The notes: generated by a model not told the origin, from the letters alone. A stretch of 64,000 bases of DNA from an uncultured Bdellovibrionales bacterium (GCA_964505555.1 CAZDIO010000125.1:3088-67087); one strand, 5' to 3'. Counted from the first letter of the stretch, positions 10,703 to 21,080 are shown. Program-made: numbers and translations.

Positions 10703-11836
10703 CTATTTCTCCTTTCGCTTATAAAATGGAACTTTTATTACCTGAATTGCTAACTTTCGTCCGCGCACCTCCGCAAGAAGCTCCGTGCCGAGCGTTGCAT
10801 ATTCTGTTTCTACAAAAGCAAGACCGATCGCTCGATTGACCGTGGGGGGTTTTGTCCCACTGGTAGCCCAACCGATCTCCTGACCTTTTGGAGAGAAGAT
10901 CTTCATCTCCCCCCGCACGATCCCCGGTTCACAGACCTCAAAGCCGATAAGCTTTATCTTTGAACCTTGCTCTTTCTCTTTAAGGAGGGATTCTCGTCCG
11001 ATAAAATCTTCTTTATTGAATTTTACCACCCATCCCAACCCAGAAGAGAGGACACTAATAATGTCACTAAGTTCATGTCCGTGGAGCGGAAAGCCTGCCT
11101 CAAGTCGGAGCGTATCTCGCGCCCCAAGCCCTGCTGGCTTGACCCCAAACTGGGCTCCTTCCGTGATCAGCATCTTCCAAAAACTTGGGGTATCTGCCGC
11201 TGCACAAAAGAGCTCAAATCCATCTTCTCCCGTATATCCCGTTCGAGCAACGATGCCCTTTTTCGGGGTGGTGGTGTTTGTAGAAACCGACTCAACCTGA
11301 AATGAAGGGAAGGATTTTAGATCAAATGCTTGCGAGGGGAAGATTCGTTCCAAAAGATTTTGAGCCTTTGGTCCCTGAATTGCAATCTGACCATAGGAGG
11401 GTGAGGCATCTTCGATAATTGTTTTTCGTCGGCTGTGGGTGAGAAGCCAGTGGTAATCTTTTTCGATATTTGAGGCGTTTACACAGAGTAGATACTCTTC
11501 ATCTTTTAGTTGATAGACAATGATATCATCAACAGCTCCACCTTGAGGATTAAGAAGGAGTGAATACTGCGCTCGCCCCGGAGTTAATTTCGATACATCG
11601 TTACTGGTGAGGTATTGTAAAAACGGAAGGGCGTTTGGACCACGAATAAAGATCTCTCCCATGTGGGAAACATCAAACAGCCCAACCTGGTTTCGTACCG
11701 TGAGGTGTTCATCGACAAGCCCACTATACTGAACGGGCATACTCCACCCACCAAACTCGGTAAAGCGCGCACCAAGCTCCTGATGGCAAGAATAAAGAGG
11801 GGTTCGTTTTAGTGCGGTTCCAGTTGGGGTATTCAT
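10703..11836 (-). CDS. gcvT: Aminomethyltransferase (glycine cleavage T protein)
   Basis: 377 aa with GcvT family similarity (LFDVSHMGEIFIRG). Forms a gcvT-gcvH-gcvP operon order. Confidence 0.9.
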   Translation of the reverse strand: MNTPTGTALKRTPLYSCHQELGARFTEFGGWSMPVQYSGLVDEHLTVRNQVGLFDVSHMGEIFIRGPNALPFLQYLTSNDVSKLTPGRAQYSLLLNPQGGAVDDIIVYQLKDEEYLLCVNASNIEKDYHWLLTHSRRKTIIEDASPSYGQIAIQGPKAQNLLERIFPSQAFDLKSFPSFQVESVSTNTTTPKKGIVARTGYTGEDGFELFCAAADTPSFWKMLITEGAQFGVKPAGLGARDTLRLEAGFPLHGHELSDIISVLSSGLGWVVKFNKEDFIGRESLLKEKEQGSKIKLIGFEVCEPGIVRGEMKIFSPKGQEIGWATSGTKPPTVNRAIGLAFVETEYATLGTELLAEVRGRKLAIQVIKVPFYKRKEK

Positions 11837-11943
11837 TATTAGCCCTTAACAGCTAGAGCTATAGGGTACTTAGAACAAAAAGGAAAGGAATGTTATCTTT
11901 AATATACTTAAGGAGTTGCGTATTTGAGAGATCTTTTTGTGCC

Positions 11944-12831
11944 CTAGGATCGGTCTACGTATGTATCGAACGTGTTTTGAAGAAGCATCGCAACCGTCAT
12001 CGGACCTACTCCGCCCGGCACGGGGGTAATTGCTGAGCAAATTTTTGATACTTCATCAAAATCGACATCCCCAACTAACTTTCCTTCAGAATCGCGGTTG
12101 ATCCCAACATCAATAACGATCGCTCCTTTCTTAATCCAAGAGCCTTTTACAAGTTTTGGATTCCCTACCGCAGCAATAACGATCTCTGCGTTCATGCATT
12201 CTGCACGGAGATCTCGAGTCTTTGAGTGACAGTAGGTAACTGTGCAGTTCTTCTCTAAGAGCATGATCCCTAACGGTTTTCCAACAAGGATGGAGCGTCC
12301 AAGTATCGTCGCCTTAAGACCTGCAAGGTCTTTTGAAAGACCGAGCGCCTCTTGTGCTTTCTCAATAAGTTTTATAACGCCTGCAGGCGTACAAGGGCGG
12401 GGAGCTTTTTCATGTCTTAGTAACAATCCCTGGTTAAAGGGATGAAGACCATCGACATCTTTTTTGGGAGCAATAGCGACAATGGCTCTAAATTCATCTA
12501 ATCCCTTTGGAAGTGGGAGTTGAAGAAGGATCCCATCGACCGCTGGATCGGTATTGAGTTGAGAGATCTTTTCAATTAACTCTTCGTTGGTGCAGTTCTC
12601 TCCGAGCTTAATATCACGAACCGTAAATCCACATTTCTCTGCGCTTTTTGTTTTTGCTCGCACATACACCTTTGATGCAGGGTTTTCACCTACTAAAATC
12701 ACGGCAAGACCTGGGGGGCGGGCGAGGGTTTCTGAGCTTTTTGTGACCTTTCTTGTTAGCTCAAGTTGAAGCTCTTCTGCTATCGCCTTTCCATCGATTA
12801 TTTTGGCGGGGATTTTTTCGTTATTGTGCAT
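11944..12831 (-). CDS. folD: Bifunctional methylene-THF dehydrogenase / methenyl-THF cyclohydrolase
   Basis: 295 aa with FolD motifs (VGENPASKVYVRAKTK, GILLQLPLP, TPVPGGVGPMT). Confidence 0.9.
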   Translation of the reverse strand: MHNNEKIPAKIIDGKAIAEELQLELTRKVTKSSETLARPPGLAVILVGENPASKVYVRAKTKSAEKCGFTVRDIKLGENCTNEELIEKISQLNTDPAVDGILLQLPLPKGLDEFRAIVAIAPKKDVDGLHPFNQGLLLRHEKAPRPCTPAGVIKLIEKAQEALGLSKDLAGLKATILGRSILVGKPLGIMLLEKNCTVTYCHSKTRDLRAECMNAEIVIAAVGNPKLVKGSWIKKGAIVIDVGINRDSEGKLVGDVDFDEVSKICSAITPVPGGVGPMTVAMLLQNTFDTYVDRS

Positions 12832-13136
12832 GTCTAGATGGCGATGAAATTAACAAAAGAGCGCTTCTTAAAAGGGTTGAGTGTAGAATGGAACCTTGCA
12901 GTAAAACAATCTATGTTATTTTACTTAAAAAATCAGTATTAATATCAAGAGGTTTGAGTTCTTTTTTCTAAAAATGCGCCGCGAATGTTGAAATTTTTGG
13001 GTAATTATAATACCCTATGTGGCGCCTATTAAATACACACTTCAATATCATCATGTCTTGAGGTTTAGTTCATTGGTTATAGGCGTGTTACTAGCAGTGC
13101 AATCAGAACATTCTTTGTAAGGAGATAACAAATTTT

Positions 13137-14276
13137 ATGATAATCGGTGTTCCCCGTGAGCGAAAAGAAGGCGAGAGACGAGTAGCAATCACTCCAGATG
13201 GTGTTCAAGAGCTAACTGCAAAAGGCCACACGATCGTTATTGAAACCGAGGCTGGGCAGTTAAGTGGATTTAGTGATGATGACTTTCACCGTGTAGGTGC
13301 GCAGATTGTAAACTCCTTAGAGAAGGTCTGGTCCAAAGCTGAACTCCTCTTAAAAGTTAAAGAACCAGCACCAGAAGAGATAAAATTTTTCCGGCCTGGA
13401 CTTCCCGTATTTTCCTTTCTTCACCTGGCTCCTCAACCAGAGCTTACCAAAGCGATGGTTGATAGTGGCGTTACTGGGCTCGATTATGACCTGGTAATGC
13501 TTGATGATGGCAGACTGCCTATTCTTGAGCCGATGAGCATTATCGCAGGAAAGCTCGCCATCCAGTGCGGTGGATATGCCCTTCAAGCTAACAGTGGTGG
13601 ACGAGGTGTTCTCCTTGGTGGCTCCGTTGGTGTGCGTCCAGCTCGGGTGGTGGTCATTGGGGCTGGAGCCTCTGGAAGTAACGCTGCTCGAGTCGCGATC
13701 GGATGTGGAGCAGAGGTTACTATTTTAGATATTAATCTTACAAAGCTTGCTCCGTTTACGGATGGCGCATTTCGTGCCCGCACCCTTCATTCAACACCAA
13801 ATGCACTGAAGCGTGAGCTTCAGGAAGCAGATCTTGTTGTCGGAGCGGTGCTTATTCCAGGAGCGCTTGCGCCACGGGTGGTCACTCGAGATCATCTCTC
13901 CTCGATGAAACCAGGATCGGTGCTTGTTGATATCTCCATTGACCAAGGAGGAATTGCAGAAACAAGTCGGCCCACAAGCCATGCTCATCCAACTTATGTT
14001 GAGTGTGGGGTGATCCATTACTGCGTTCCAAATATGCCGGCGCTTGTTCCAAGAACATCAACGGAAGCATTAACCAGTGCCACGCTTCCATGGGTGAAGA
14101 TGATCGCCGAGAGAGGAGTTGAAGGAGCACTCTTACATTCGATTCCACTTCGAAGAGCGCTTACGAGCTACCAAAAGAATCTAACAAATTCGGTCATCGG
14201 AAGTGCAATGAACATGCGCGCACTTGATGAGCTCTCAACCGATAAGCTTCTCTCTGAAGGTCGAAACGAGAGATAG
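13137..14276 (+). CDS. ald: Alanine dehydrogenase
   Basis: 379 aa. The N-terminus IIGVPRERKEGERRVAITP and the NAD Rossmann loop VVVIGAGASGSNAARVA are characteristic of Ald. Confidence 0.85.
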   Translation: MIIGVPRERKEGERRVAITPDGVQELTAKGHTIVIETEAGQLSGFSDDDFHRVGAQIVNSLEKVWSKAELLLKVKEPAPEEIKFFRPGLPVFSFLHLAPQPELTKAMVDSGVTGLDYDLVMLDDGRLPILEPMSIIAGKLAIQCGGYALQANSGGRGVLLGGSVGVRPARVVVIGAGASGSNAARVAIGCGAEVTILDINLTKLAPFTDGAFRARTLHSTPNALKRELQEADLVVGAVLIPGALAPRVVTRDHLSSMKPGSVLVDISIDQGGIAETSRPTSHAHPTYVECGVIHYCVPNMPALVPRTSTEALTSATLPWVKMIAERGVEGALLHSIPLRRALTSYQKNLTNSVIGSAMNMRALDELSTDKLLSEGRNER

Positions 14277-14295
14277 GTCGAACTAAGTTCGAGAA

Positions 14296-15495
14296 TCAGT
14301 GGCTCCTTCTCTCTTTTAATCGAGAAAGTTTTAGTCGAGAAAGAAGGAGAAGGAGCCCAAAGACTCCAACCGTTGTTAAAAGATACCCACCGGTGTGATA
14401 CCAGGGGAGTAAGCTCTGCCTTGGAGCATCAGAGATCGCGTCATCAATGTGGCCAGTGAGGCCACTGACCAAGAAAAGAACTACCAAGAAAGCTCTATCG
14501 TAACTTCTTGTAGGCGAGAGAAGAAGCCGAGAAAACACCACCCCAATCGGCAGCACGAGAACCGTGAGGTAGTGCCCCCAGGAGATCGGTGAAAGGAGTA
14601 TCATTGAAACTGATGCAATGAGAAAGGCTGTTTCATTCTCATCCTTATGAGAGAAATGCTGCATCAATCGAAGGGAATAGAAAAAGATGCCCCCAACCAC
14701 TCCCCACCCGATCACCAATGAAACAACGGGAGAAAGATCTACTACGGGACTTACCCATCCTCCTTGATCTCCAAAAAACCTCTCTACACTACCAAGAAGA
14801 GAGAGATTTCCACGAAAATCTTTATACTCCATAAAATTCTCAGGCGTTATCTGAAAAAGAAACCTCCCTAGCTCACCTTGAGGAAGGAGAAAAACAAACA
14901 ATAAAAAGATAAGCACCCCGGTTACTACAAATCCCCCAACCGCTCGCCACCGCTTTGAAAGAAGAAAAGATAAAACTATCAACCCCGGATAAAGTTTTAA
15001 TGCGGTAGCCAGAGAGAGAAACACCCCCGAAAGAACATCACTTTTCTTTCGATAGAAACACCAACTGAGGATCACCAGAGCAGAGACGATTGAAGAAAGT
15101 GCTCCTAACGAAAGAGATGCGATATGTTGGGGAGAGGAGAGAGCAAACGATAAAAACACAGGCACAAGATACAACGGAAGTTGAAGCGCCCGGACAAGAA
15201 AAAGGAGCGAGAGAAAGTATAAGATATCAGAGAAGATACTAAAGAGAAGAAAAGCCTCTGCGTAGGGAAGCCTTACAAGAGGGGTAGCAAGAAGTGCACT
15301 CAGTGGAGGGTGATCGTTTGGTACATCATAGATTGACTGCTGTTTTAGTAACGCTTGTGCAGCGTTATAATCCTGGACAAAGTCCGCAGCAGGATCGGTA
15401 GCATACTTAAGAATAACAAAGGTATGAATGGCGAGGGCGGCAAAGCAGCCAAGAAGAAAAACTACAAAAAGAAACCGCTTCGAGTTAGGTTGCAA
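14296..15495 (-). CDS. Polytopic membrane protein, DUF2029/GT87-like glycosyltransferase family
   Basis: About 10 predicted TMs. ALKLYPGL and SPISWGHY motifs are reminiscent of GT87-type membrane glycosyltransferases. Confidence 0.4.
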   Translation of the reverse strand: MQPNSKRFLFVVFLLGCFAALAIHTFVILKYATDPAADFVQDYNAAQALLKQQSIYDVPNDHPPLSALLATPLVRLPYAEAFLLFSIFSDILYFLSLLFLVRALQLPLYLVPVFLSFALSSPQHIASLSLGALSSIVSALVILSWCFYRKKSDVLSGVFLSLATALKLYPGLIVLSFLLSKRWRAVGGFVVTGVLIFLLFVFLLPQGELGRFLFQITPENFMEYKDFRGNLSLLGSVERFFGDQGGWVSPVVDLSPVVSLVIGWGVVGGIFFYSLRLMQHFSHKDENETAFLIASVSMILLSPISWGHYLTVLVLPIGVVFSRLLLSPTRSYDRAFLVVLFLVSGLTGHIDDAISDAPRQSLLPWYHTGGYLLTTVGVFGLLLLLSRLKLSRLKERRSH

Positions 15496-15793
15496 GGGCT
15501 GCAGCTTGCACTTTTTTCTTCTCTTGAGAACGTGGTCTTCCCATCACCGGGGTATTGATAATCAACGCGGTGCAAGCATCTGTTCGTTGCCACTCAATAT
15601 CCACCTGCTTTCGTTCAAGGACAAAATACTTACAGATCACATCTAAAAGATCCCTTCGAAAAAGGTCCATCTCTTCTGAGGTAAGCCCACTGCGATCCTG
15701 AATAAGAACCATCTGCAGCCGGTTCTTTGCAGTTTCGTTACTAAAGACCTTTCCAAATATGCGTGAAGTTATATTTTTTAGCACGGCATTCAC
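15485..15793 (-). CDS. minE: Cell division topological specificity factor MinE
   Basis: 102 aa with the MinE signature (KNRLQMVLIQDRSGL). Downstream of minD. Confidence 0.85.
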   Translation of the reverse strand: MNAVLKNITSRIFGKVFSNETAKNRLQMVLIQDRSGLTSEEMDLFRRDLLDVICKYFVLERKQVDIEWQRTDACTALIINTPVMGRPRSQEKKKVQAAALAT

Positions 15794-15862
15794 CTACTTG
15801 TTTTTTCTTATACTATCCTTAAGGCAACTTCTATAATCGACCCTCATCTTTTCCTGTCGTTA

Positions 15863-16657
15863 CTAGGCTGCTCTTAGTCTACGGCCAAGTCTCGCTAAGA
15901 GTCCCATGCCTAAGTTTGCCTCTTCAAGAGGAACATTTGTCCCGGTAAGCCGCTCTGCAATACGGAGAAACGATCTCCCCGCCGGCGATCGGGTGTTATA
16001 CACAACCGGGTCCCCTGTATTTGCCGACACAACGACCTCGTTGTCACGAAAAACAATTCCTATCTGTTCAACGCCTAAAATATCCATCACATCCTGAGGA
16101 GAGAGCATATCCCCCTTTCTCACCATGTCACGATCCACCCGATTGAGAATCATCACAGGTTCAATCCCTCGTGCGGCAAGAAGGCCTATAACACGATCGG
16201 CATCACGAATCGCTGCAACTTCTGGGGTAGTAACTAGTATCGCCTCGTCAGCAGCGGCGCAAGCATTTCGAAACCCCTGCTCAATCCCTGCTGGAGAATC
16301 AATTAATACAAAGTGAAACTCCTGCTTTAGTCCATTTACGACATCAGCCATCTCTTTTTCAGAGATCGCCTCTTTATCGTCGGTCTGCGACGCGGGAAGC
16401 AAGAATAAGTTATTTGATTTTTTTGACTTGATAATCGCTTGCTGCGGCCTACAAACATTTTTTGCAACATCGATTAAGTTATAGACGATGCGATTTTCAA
16501 GGCCCATTATGACATCAAGGTTTCTCAACCCGATGTCAGCATCAACAACAAGCACTTTTTTACCTTTTAGCGCCAGTGCTGCTCCCAAGTTCGCAGTGGT
16601 AGTGGTTTTCCCAACACCGCCCTTTCCTGAAGTTATTACAATTGACCGACCTATCAT
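15863..16657 (-). CDS. minD: Septum site-determining ATPase MinD
   Basis: 264 aa with the deviant Walker A (SGKGGVGKTTT) of the MinD/ParA family. Confidence 0.9.
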   Translation of the reverse strand: MIGRSIVITSGKGGVGKTTTTANLGAALALKGKKVLVVDADIGLRNLDVIMGLENRIVYNLIDVAKNVCRPQQAIIKSKKSNNLFLLPASQTDDKEAISEKEMADVVNGLKQEFHFVLIDSPAGIEQGFRNACAAADEAILVTTPEVAAIRDADRVIGLLAARGIEPVMILNRVDRDMVRKGDMLSPQDVMDILGVEQIGIVFRDNEVVVSANTGDPVVYNTRSPAGRSFLRIAERLTGTNVPLEEANLGMGLLARLGRRLRAA

Positions 16658-16720
16658 ATCCTTCCTCTATTCGTAGCTTAGCAATGTTACAATCACTTTC
16701 TCCGTCCCCTTAAATCTCTC

Positions 16721-17692
16721 TTACCGCAACGGCCGTCGAAGAAATACCCGTGGATGAAACGCTTCAACAATAATTCGTCGCTCCTCAATTCGAGCAATCT
16801 CTGCCCCATCCACCATCTCTTCACTTCCACGAGAAATTACTGATCCGATACGAAGCTGCATCGGTCTCATCTGAAGCGCGATAATCACACGATCGCTCCC
16901 TTCATCATTATAGGCAGAGGCATGAGCTGTTCCCCGTAAATTCCCAAACACAACGATATCTCCCCCAGCAATTACATCCGCACCAGGATTTACATCTCCA
17001 ACAACCAGCAAGCTAAACGGTGTTTCAATTCGTTGCCCAGAACGAAGCGTACCAAAGACAACTTTGGCGTTTGCTTCTTCGTCGTAGAAGACACTTTCAC
17101 CTAATAAATCCGCCATTTTCCCTAGTTGCCTACTTTCTAGATCCCTGCCTTCTAACCCTTTTCCCCCTAACGAAATAACCCTTTCCAGGGAACTTCCGTC
17201 GTAATCTAATCCTCCAGAACCCCAAATTTCATCTCGCGCTTTTTTTCTCGGAGTCGCTTTTCCCTTCAGAGTAGCTTCTTCAATGTTTTCAAAAAGCGGA
17301 ATTGTAACGGATCGTGCTTTTTCCGAGACTGCTTCGTCTTTGTCTCCAATGCTGAGCGCGTGCTCCGGTTTTTTTCTGCGACTAACAATTTCTATTGCGT
17401 AGTTTTCGCGAAGATTTTTTGCAAGCTCCTGACTCTGATCTTTTGTGGGCATGCGGTCAAGCCACTCCAGAGAGAGCTCACCCCCTGAAAGAAAATGCCG
17501 TCGTTCTTCAAGAAACTGGCTTAACTCTCCAAGAATCATCCCCCATTCAGCTCGTCCATCGATGCGTAGCACAAGTCCCTCCTCAGTGCCTCGTGCGGAG
17601 ATGACCTTAAGTCCCTGATCGCGGATGAAGCTCTTTTCCGAACTGTCCCTAGCTTCACCCATGCTAACAAGATCATCAATTACATCACTCAC
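16721..17692 (-). CDS. minC: Septum formation inhibitor MinC (long N-terminal domain)
   Basis: The C-terminal beta-helix dimerisation domain (LVVGDVNPGADVIAGGDIVVFGNLRG) is typical of MinC. Sits upstream of minD and minE. Confidence 0.8.
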   Translation of the reverse strand: MSDVIDDLVSMGEARDSSEKSFIRDQGLKVISARGTEEGLVLRIDGRAEWGMILGELSQFLEERRHFLSGGELSLEWLDRMPTKDQSQELAKNLRENYAIEIVSRRKKPEHALSIGDKDEAVSEKARSVTIPLFENIEEATLKGKATPRKKARDEIWGSGGLDYDGSSLERVISLGGKGLEGRDLESRQLGKMADLLGESVFYDEEANAKVVFGTLRSGQRIETPFSLLVVGDVNPGADVIAGGDIVVFGNLRGTAHASAYNDEGSDRVIIALQMRPMQLRIGSVISRGSEEMVDGAEIARIEERRIIVEAFHPRVFLRRPLR

Positions 17693-17931
17693 TGCTTACC
17701 CACTGCTTAGAGGTTTAAGTTAGTTGTAGCTTGTGGATGGCTTATAGCAAGTAAAAAAGTTTTGCGTCAACTATCCTGCCATTTTGGTAAACAGTCACTA
17801 ACCTTGTCGGCTTCTTCCTCTTATCATTGAGAGCAGTATCGGAGGTGCCTACTCTGATGTCATGAGACTTGGCTTTGCAAAAGGTAAGTTGTAGTTATCG
17901 CTTATTAACTTTGTAAAGTAATTGATCAGCC

Positions 17932-19392
17932 ATGTCTCAAAAATCGCTTTTAAGATCTGTTCGATGTCGTTTTGCCCCAAGTCCGACGGGGAATCTTCAT
18001 GTAGGGGGGGCTCGAACGGCTCTCTTTAACTATCTATTTGCAAGGAAACATGGTGGGGTTCATATCTTGCGGATTGAAGATACCGATCGGGAGCGATCGA
18101 CCGATGAGGCGATTGACGCGATCATGGATGGCCTTAACTGGTTAGAGATCCCTTTTGATGAGGGACCATTTTTCCAATCAAAAAGACTGAGCCTCTATCA
18201 TCAATACGCAAAGAAACTCCTCCTGCTTGGGGCTGCCTACCCTTGCACCTGCACCACAGAGCGCTTAGATCAGCTTCGAGAGGAGCAACGGATAAAAAAC
18301 GAGAAACCACAATACGACAGACTTCATCGCCCTAAGGTGCTTTCTCCACAGTCTGATGCCATTCCAAAGGGAGATGAAAAAGATCCTTTTGTAATTCGCC
18401 TTGCTGTTCCAGAAGAAGGCGATATCGTCTTTCATGATGCTATTCTTGGAGAGATTCGAACTTCACGCACAGAGATTGACGATTTTATTATTCTTCGCAG
18501 TGATGGCACGCCAACGTATAACTTTACTGTTGTTGTTGACGATATTGAGATGCAGATTAGCCATGTAATTCGGGGGATGGATCACATTTCCAACACTCCA
18601 AAGCAACTTGTAATTTATCACGCACTTCAAGCATTAACACCAGTTTTTGGGCATGTTCCGATGATCTTGGGGAGCGATAAGAAAAAACTATCAAAACGCC
18701 ATGGAGCGACCTCAGTATTTGAATACAAAAAGGAGGGCTACCTTCCTGATGCTTTTATTAATTATTTAGCCCGACTTGGCTGGAGTCATGGGGATCAGGA
18801 GATCTTCTCCCGAGGGGAGCTTGAATCGTTTTTCTCTTTGGAGACCATTGGAAAAAGCCCTGCGGTGTTTGACCTTGAGAAACTCTCCTGGGTTAATGCC
18901 GAACACATGAAGACTCTTCCTTCAAAAAAACTTGCTGAGCATCTTGCTGGCTATTTACAGGAGCAGGGTTTTTCAACTGATACGCTCCTGGGAACCCCGG
19001 TGTTTTTAAAACTTGTTGAGAGCCTGAAAGAACGAACAAAAACGCTTAAGGAGATGGCAGATAATTGTCGGTGGTTTTTTCTTAATGACATCCAGATTGA
19101 ATTTGATGAAAAGGCGAAAGCGAAACATCTTACTGCTGAGGTTGCAAAACCGCTTTCTTCGTTAATTGAGAAACTGAATGGCACTGAGGATTTTGTAGAA
19201 ACGGAGATCGAGGCTCGCTTTCAAGAGGTTCTTCAAGAGCATGGGGTAACGCTTGTAAAGATTGCGCAGCCGGTGAGAGTTGCGGTAACGGGCACGGCGG
19301 TGAGTCCCCCAATTTATACCGTGCTTGAAATTCTTGGAAAAGAGCGCACACTGAACCGCCTCAAACGGGCACTGGCGTCAATAAACGTTTAA
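17932..19392 (+). CDS. gltX: Glutamyl-tRNA synthetase
   Basis: 486 aa with the class I HIGH region (PSPTGNLHVGGARTALFNY) and KMSKS-like (KLSKRHG). Confidence 0.9.
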   Translation: MSQKSLLRSVRCRFAPSPTGNLHVGGARTALFNYLFARKHGGVHILRIEDTDRERSTDEAIDAIMDGLNWLEIPFDEGPFFQSKRLSLYHQYAKKLLLLGAAYPCTCTTERLDQLREEQRIKNEKPQYDRLHRPKVLSPQSDAIPKGDEKDPFVIRLAVPEEGDIVFHDAILGEIRTSRTEIDDFIILRSDGTPTYNFTVVVDDIEMQISHVIRGMDHISNTPKQLVIYHALQALTPVFGHVPMILGSDKKKLSKRHGATSVFEYKKEGYLPDAFINYLARLGWSHGDQEIFSRGELESFFSLETIGKSPAVFDLEKLSWVNAEHMKTLPSKKLAEHLAGYLQEQGFSTDTLLGTPVFLKLVESLKERTKTLKEMADNCRWFFLNDIQIEFDEKAKAKHLTAEVAKPLSSLIEKLNGTEDFVETEIEARFQEVLQEHGVTLVKIAQPVRVAVTGTAVSPPIYTVLEILGKERTLNRLKRALASINV

Positions 19393-19397
19393 ATAAC

Positions 19398-19471
19398 TGG
19401 CTCGCCCACAAGGACTCGAACCTCAATCTTCAGAGTCAGAATCTGACATGCTACCATTGCACCATGGGCGA
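19398..19471 (-). tRNA. tRNA-Gln (anticodon CUG), CCA encoded
   Basis: Manual fold of the reverse complement TCGCCCATGGTGCAATGGTAGCATGTCAGATTCTGACTCTGAAGATTGAGGTTCGAGTCCTTGTGGGCGAGCCA. The anticodon stem is TCAGA/TCTGA and the loop TTCTGAC gives CUG. U1-A72 and G73 match Gln identity. Confidence 0.8.
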
Positions 19472-19646
19472 ACAAAATTGGTCATTAAAGCTTTTTCTTT
19501 AAGATAGTTCTAGCACACAATTCTTGAAAGCGTTATCGACGCTACACACAAGCACTAACTTCCCACCACCCTAAAAATAAATAAAATAGATAGGAAATGC
19601 TTTCTTTCTTAGCTACTTTCACATATTATCGCTTCCTTCCTTTTCC

Positions 19647-19718
19647 GGCCCCTTCGTCTAGCGGTTAGGACGGCGGCCTCTCACGCCGCAAGCACGGGTT
19701 CGATTCCCGTAGGGGTCA
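19647..19718 (+). tRNA. tRNA-Glu (anticodon CUC), CCA not encoded
   Basis: Manual cloverleaf of GGCCCCTTCGTCTAGCGGTTAGGACGGCGGCCTCTCACGCCGCAAGCACGGGTTCGATTCCCGTAGGGGTCA. The anticodon stem is GCGGC/GCCGC and the loop CTCTCAC gives CUC. The T-loop is TTCGATT. Confidence 0.8.
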
Positions 19719-19969
19719 CAAGCTCTCTCCAACAAGTGTCAGAGAGTTTTTAAAAAACTTATAAATCCTCACCTCGTTGATTGCGATCGCATCGAAAATC
19801 ACTCCTCAAAGTGCCAAAAAAGTAGGCATGGAGCCACAAAATCTTGAAAATTACGATCTAGCATCCTCTGAGTTGACAATGTTTGTTACATGACCAGATC
19901 TGCGTACACACGCAGAAACCATCGGAGATACCGACACTAACGTTCCTCCGAAAATCGCGAAACTCTTTT

Positions 19970-20890
19970 TTATGTTCTACAGGTCCAGGCGGGAGGATGA
20001 AAGGTCCAAACCGGAAAGTCAACGTTAAGAACACCACTAAGAAATTGCTTGGATATTTTTTTGTATTCAACACAGATTGCTTGATACCATTTCTTAAATT
20101 GATATCGACGTTTTGGACATGCCGTATGACAAAGAGGTCGAGGTGCTTTCTTTGTCATAAAAGGACGAAAGCCTGGTTTTATCCGGGAAAGCGCCAAGAT
20201 ACCAAAAACATTTTTCCGTTCTAATTGTCTTTTTTTCGCATACTCGCGCTCAAAATTCTCCAGTGCCTTCTTTTGTATTGAAAGCCTTTTTTCTTTCGAT
20301 AAGTGCTTCCAGATTGGAAGAGGTGCTAGTTGAAGAGCATAATTTCTCTGATAGTTTTTAATATCAACGTGCTTATATCTTCCTTTATTAGCTTTGTCTT
20401 TTCTAAAATTTGCCCAATCTGTCCAAGTATAAGTGGGAACGGTTCCCGTAATAGCTTGATGATACCCTGAAAGACCTTTATATTCGTCGCCCTTAGACAC
20501 AAGATATGAAGAAACTGCATTCGCATTTACATAACAATACATGTGCACCAATTTATCTTCAAACACCACTTCACAGTCGTATCTTCGATGCCAGAGCTTG
20601 CCATCTTCCCAACCATAGATTCTCTTTGTCGCCGCAGCTAATGCGGACTTTAAGTCTTTCATGAACTTAGGTATCCGTTTTTTTCTTCCTTGAAGGAGGA
20701 GATGAAAATGATTCCCAAGCACACTCACTCCATAAAGCTTAATTTCATATCGAGCAGCAGCTCTTGCAATGATACTGCCAAAGATATTTTCAAACTCCTT
20801 TGAAGGAAGAAACCAGATGCGACTTTCCTTTGTTCTGGAACAAATATGATAGATCTTTTTTGAACTTAATACGCGTAATGGCCAGCCCAT
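19970..20890 (-). mobile_element. Y1 HUH tyrosine transposase-like protein (IS200/IS605 TnpA or RAYT family) with a ~170-aa C-terminal extension
   Basis: The N-terminal ~135 aa align with IS200 TnpA: YHI…, the HUH motif GNHFHLLL, and a catalytic-Tyr helix (KLWHRRYDCEVV…YCYVNANAV, equivalent to the YIE.NPV motif). Visibly AT-rich relative to flanks. Adjacent to two tRNA genes. No tnpB partner. Confidence 0.7.
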
Positions 20891-21080
20891 ATATTTGATT
20901 CCTTTCTAAGTATTAGTGTTTTGAGAGAAGAGAGCTTCGAATGAGCGCTCTTTAAGGCTTCTATCTTTGTTCTCGTTTCTTTTTTAAGTTCGTCTCAATC
21001 TTTAAGGATCTGTGGGATGGTTAAGTATTTATTTCAATGCTATTAAGCACTTAACCTTATAATACGAATGTCTTTGACAC

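Noticed and set aside
11837-13136. Possible glycine riboswitch upstream of gcvT or folD
   Set aside because: The gcvT leader is only ~107 nt. Neither it nor the folD leader contains the tandem GGAGAG…ACCGAAGG aptamer cores.
19398-21080. Possible tRNA-targeted genomic island or prophage
   Set aside because: Only a single transposase-like gene is present. There is no integrase, no phage genes and no direct repeat of the tRNA-Glu 3' end downstream. It is better described as an isolated transposase insertion.
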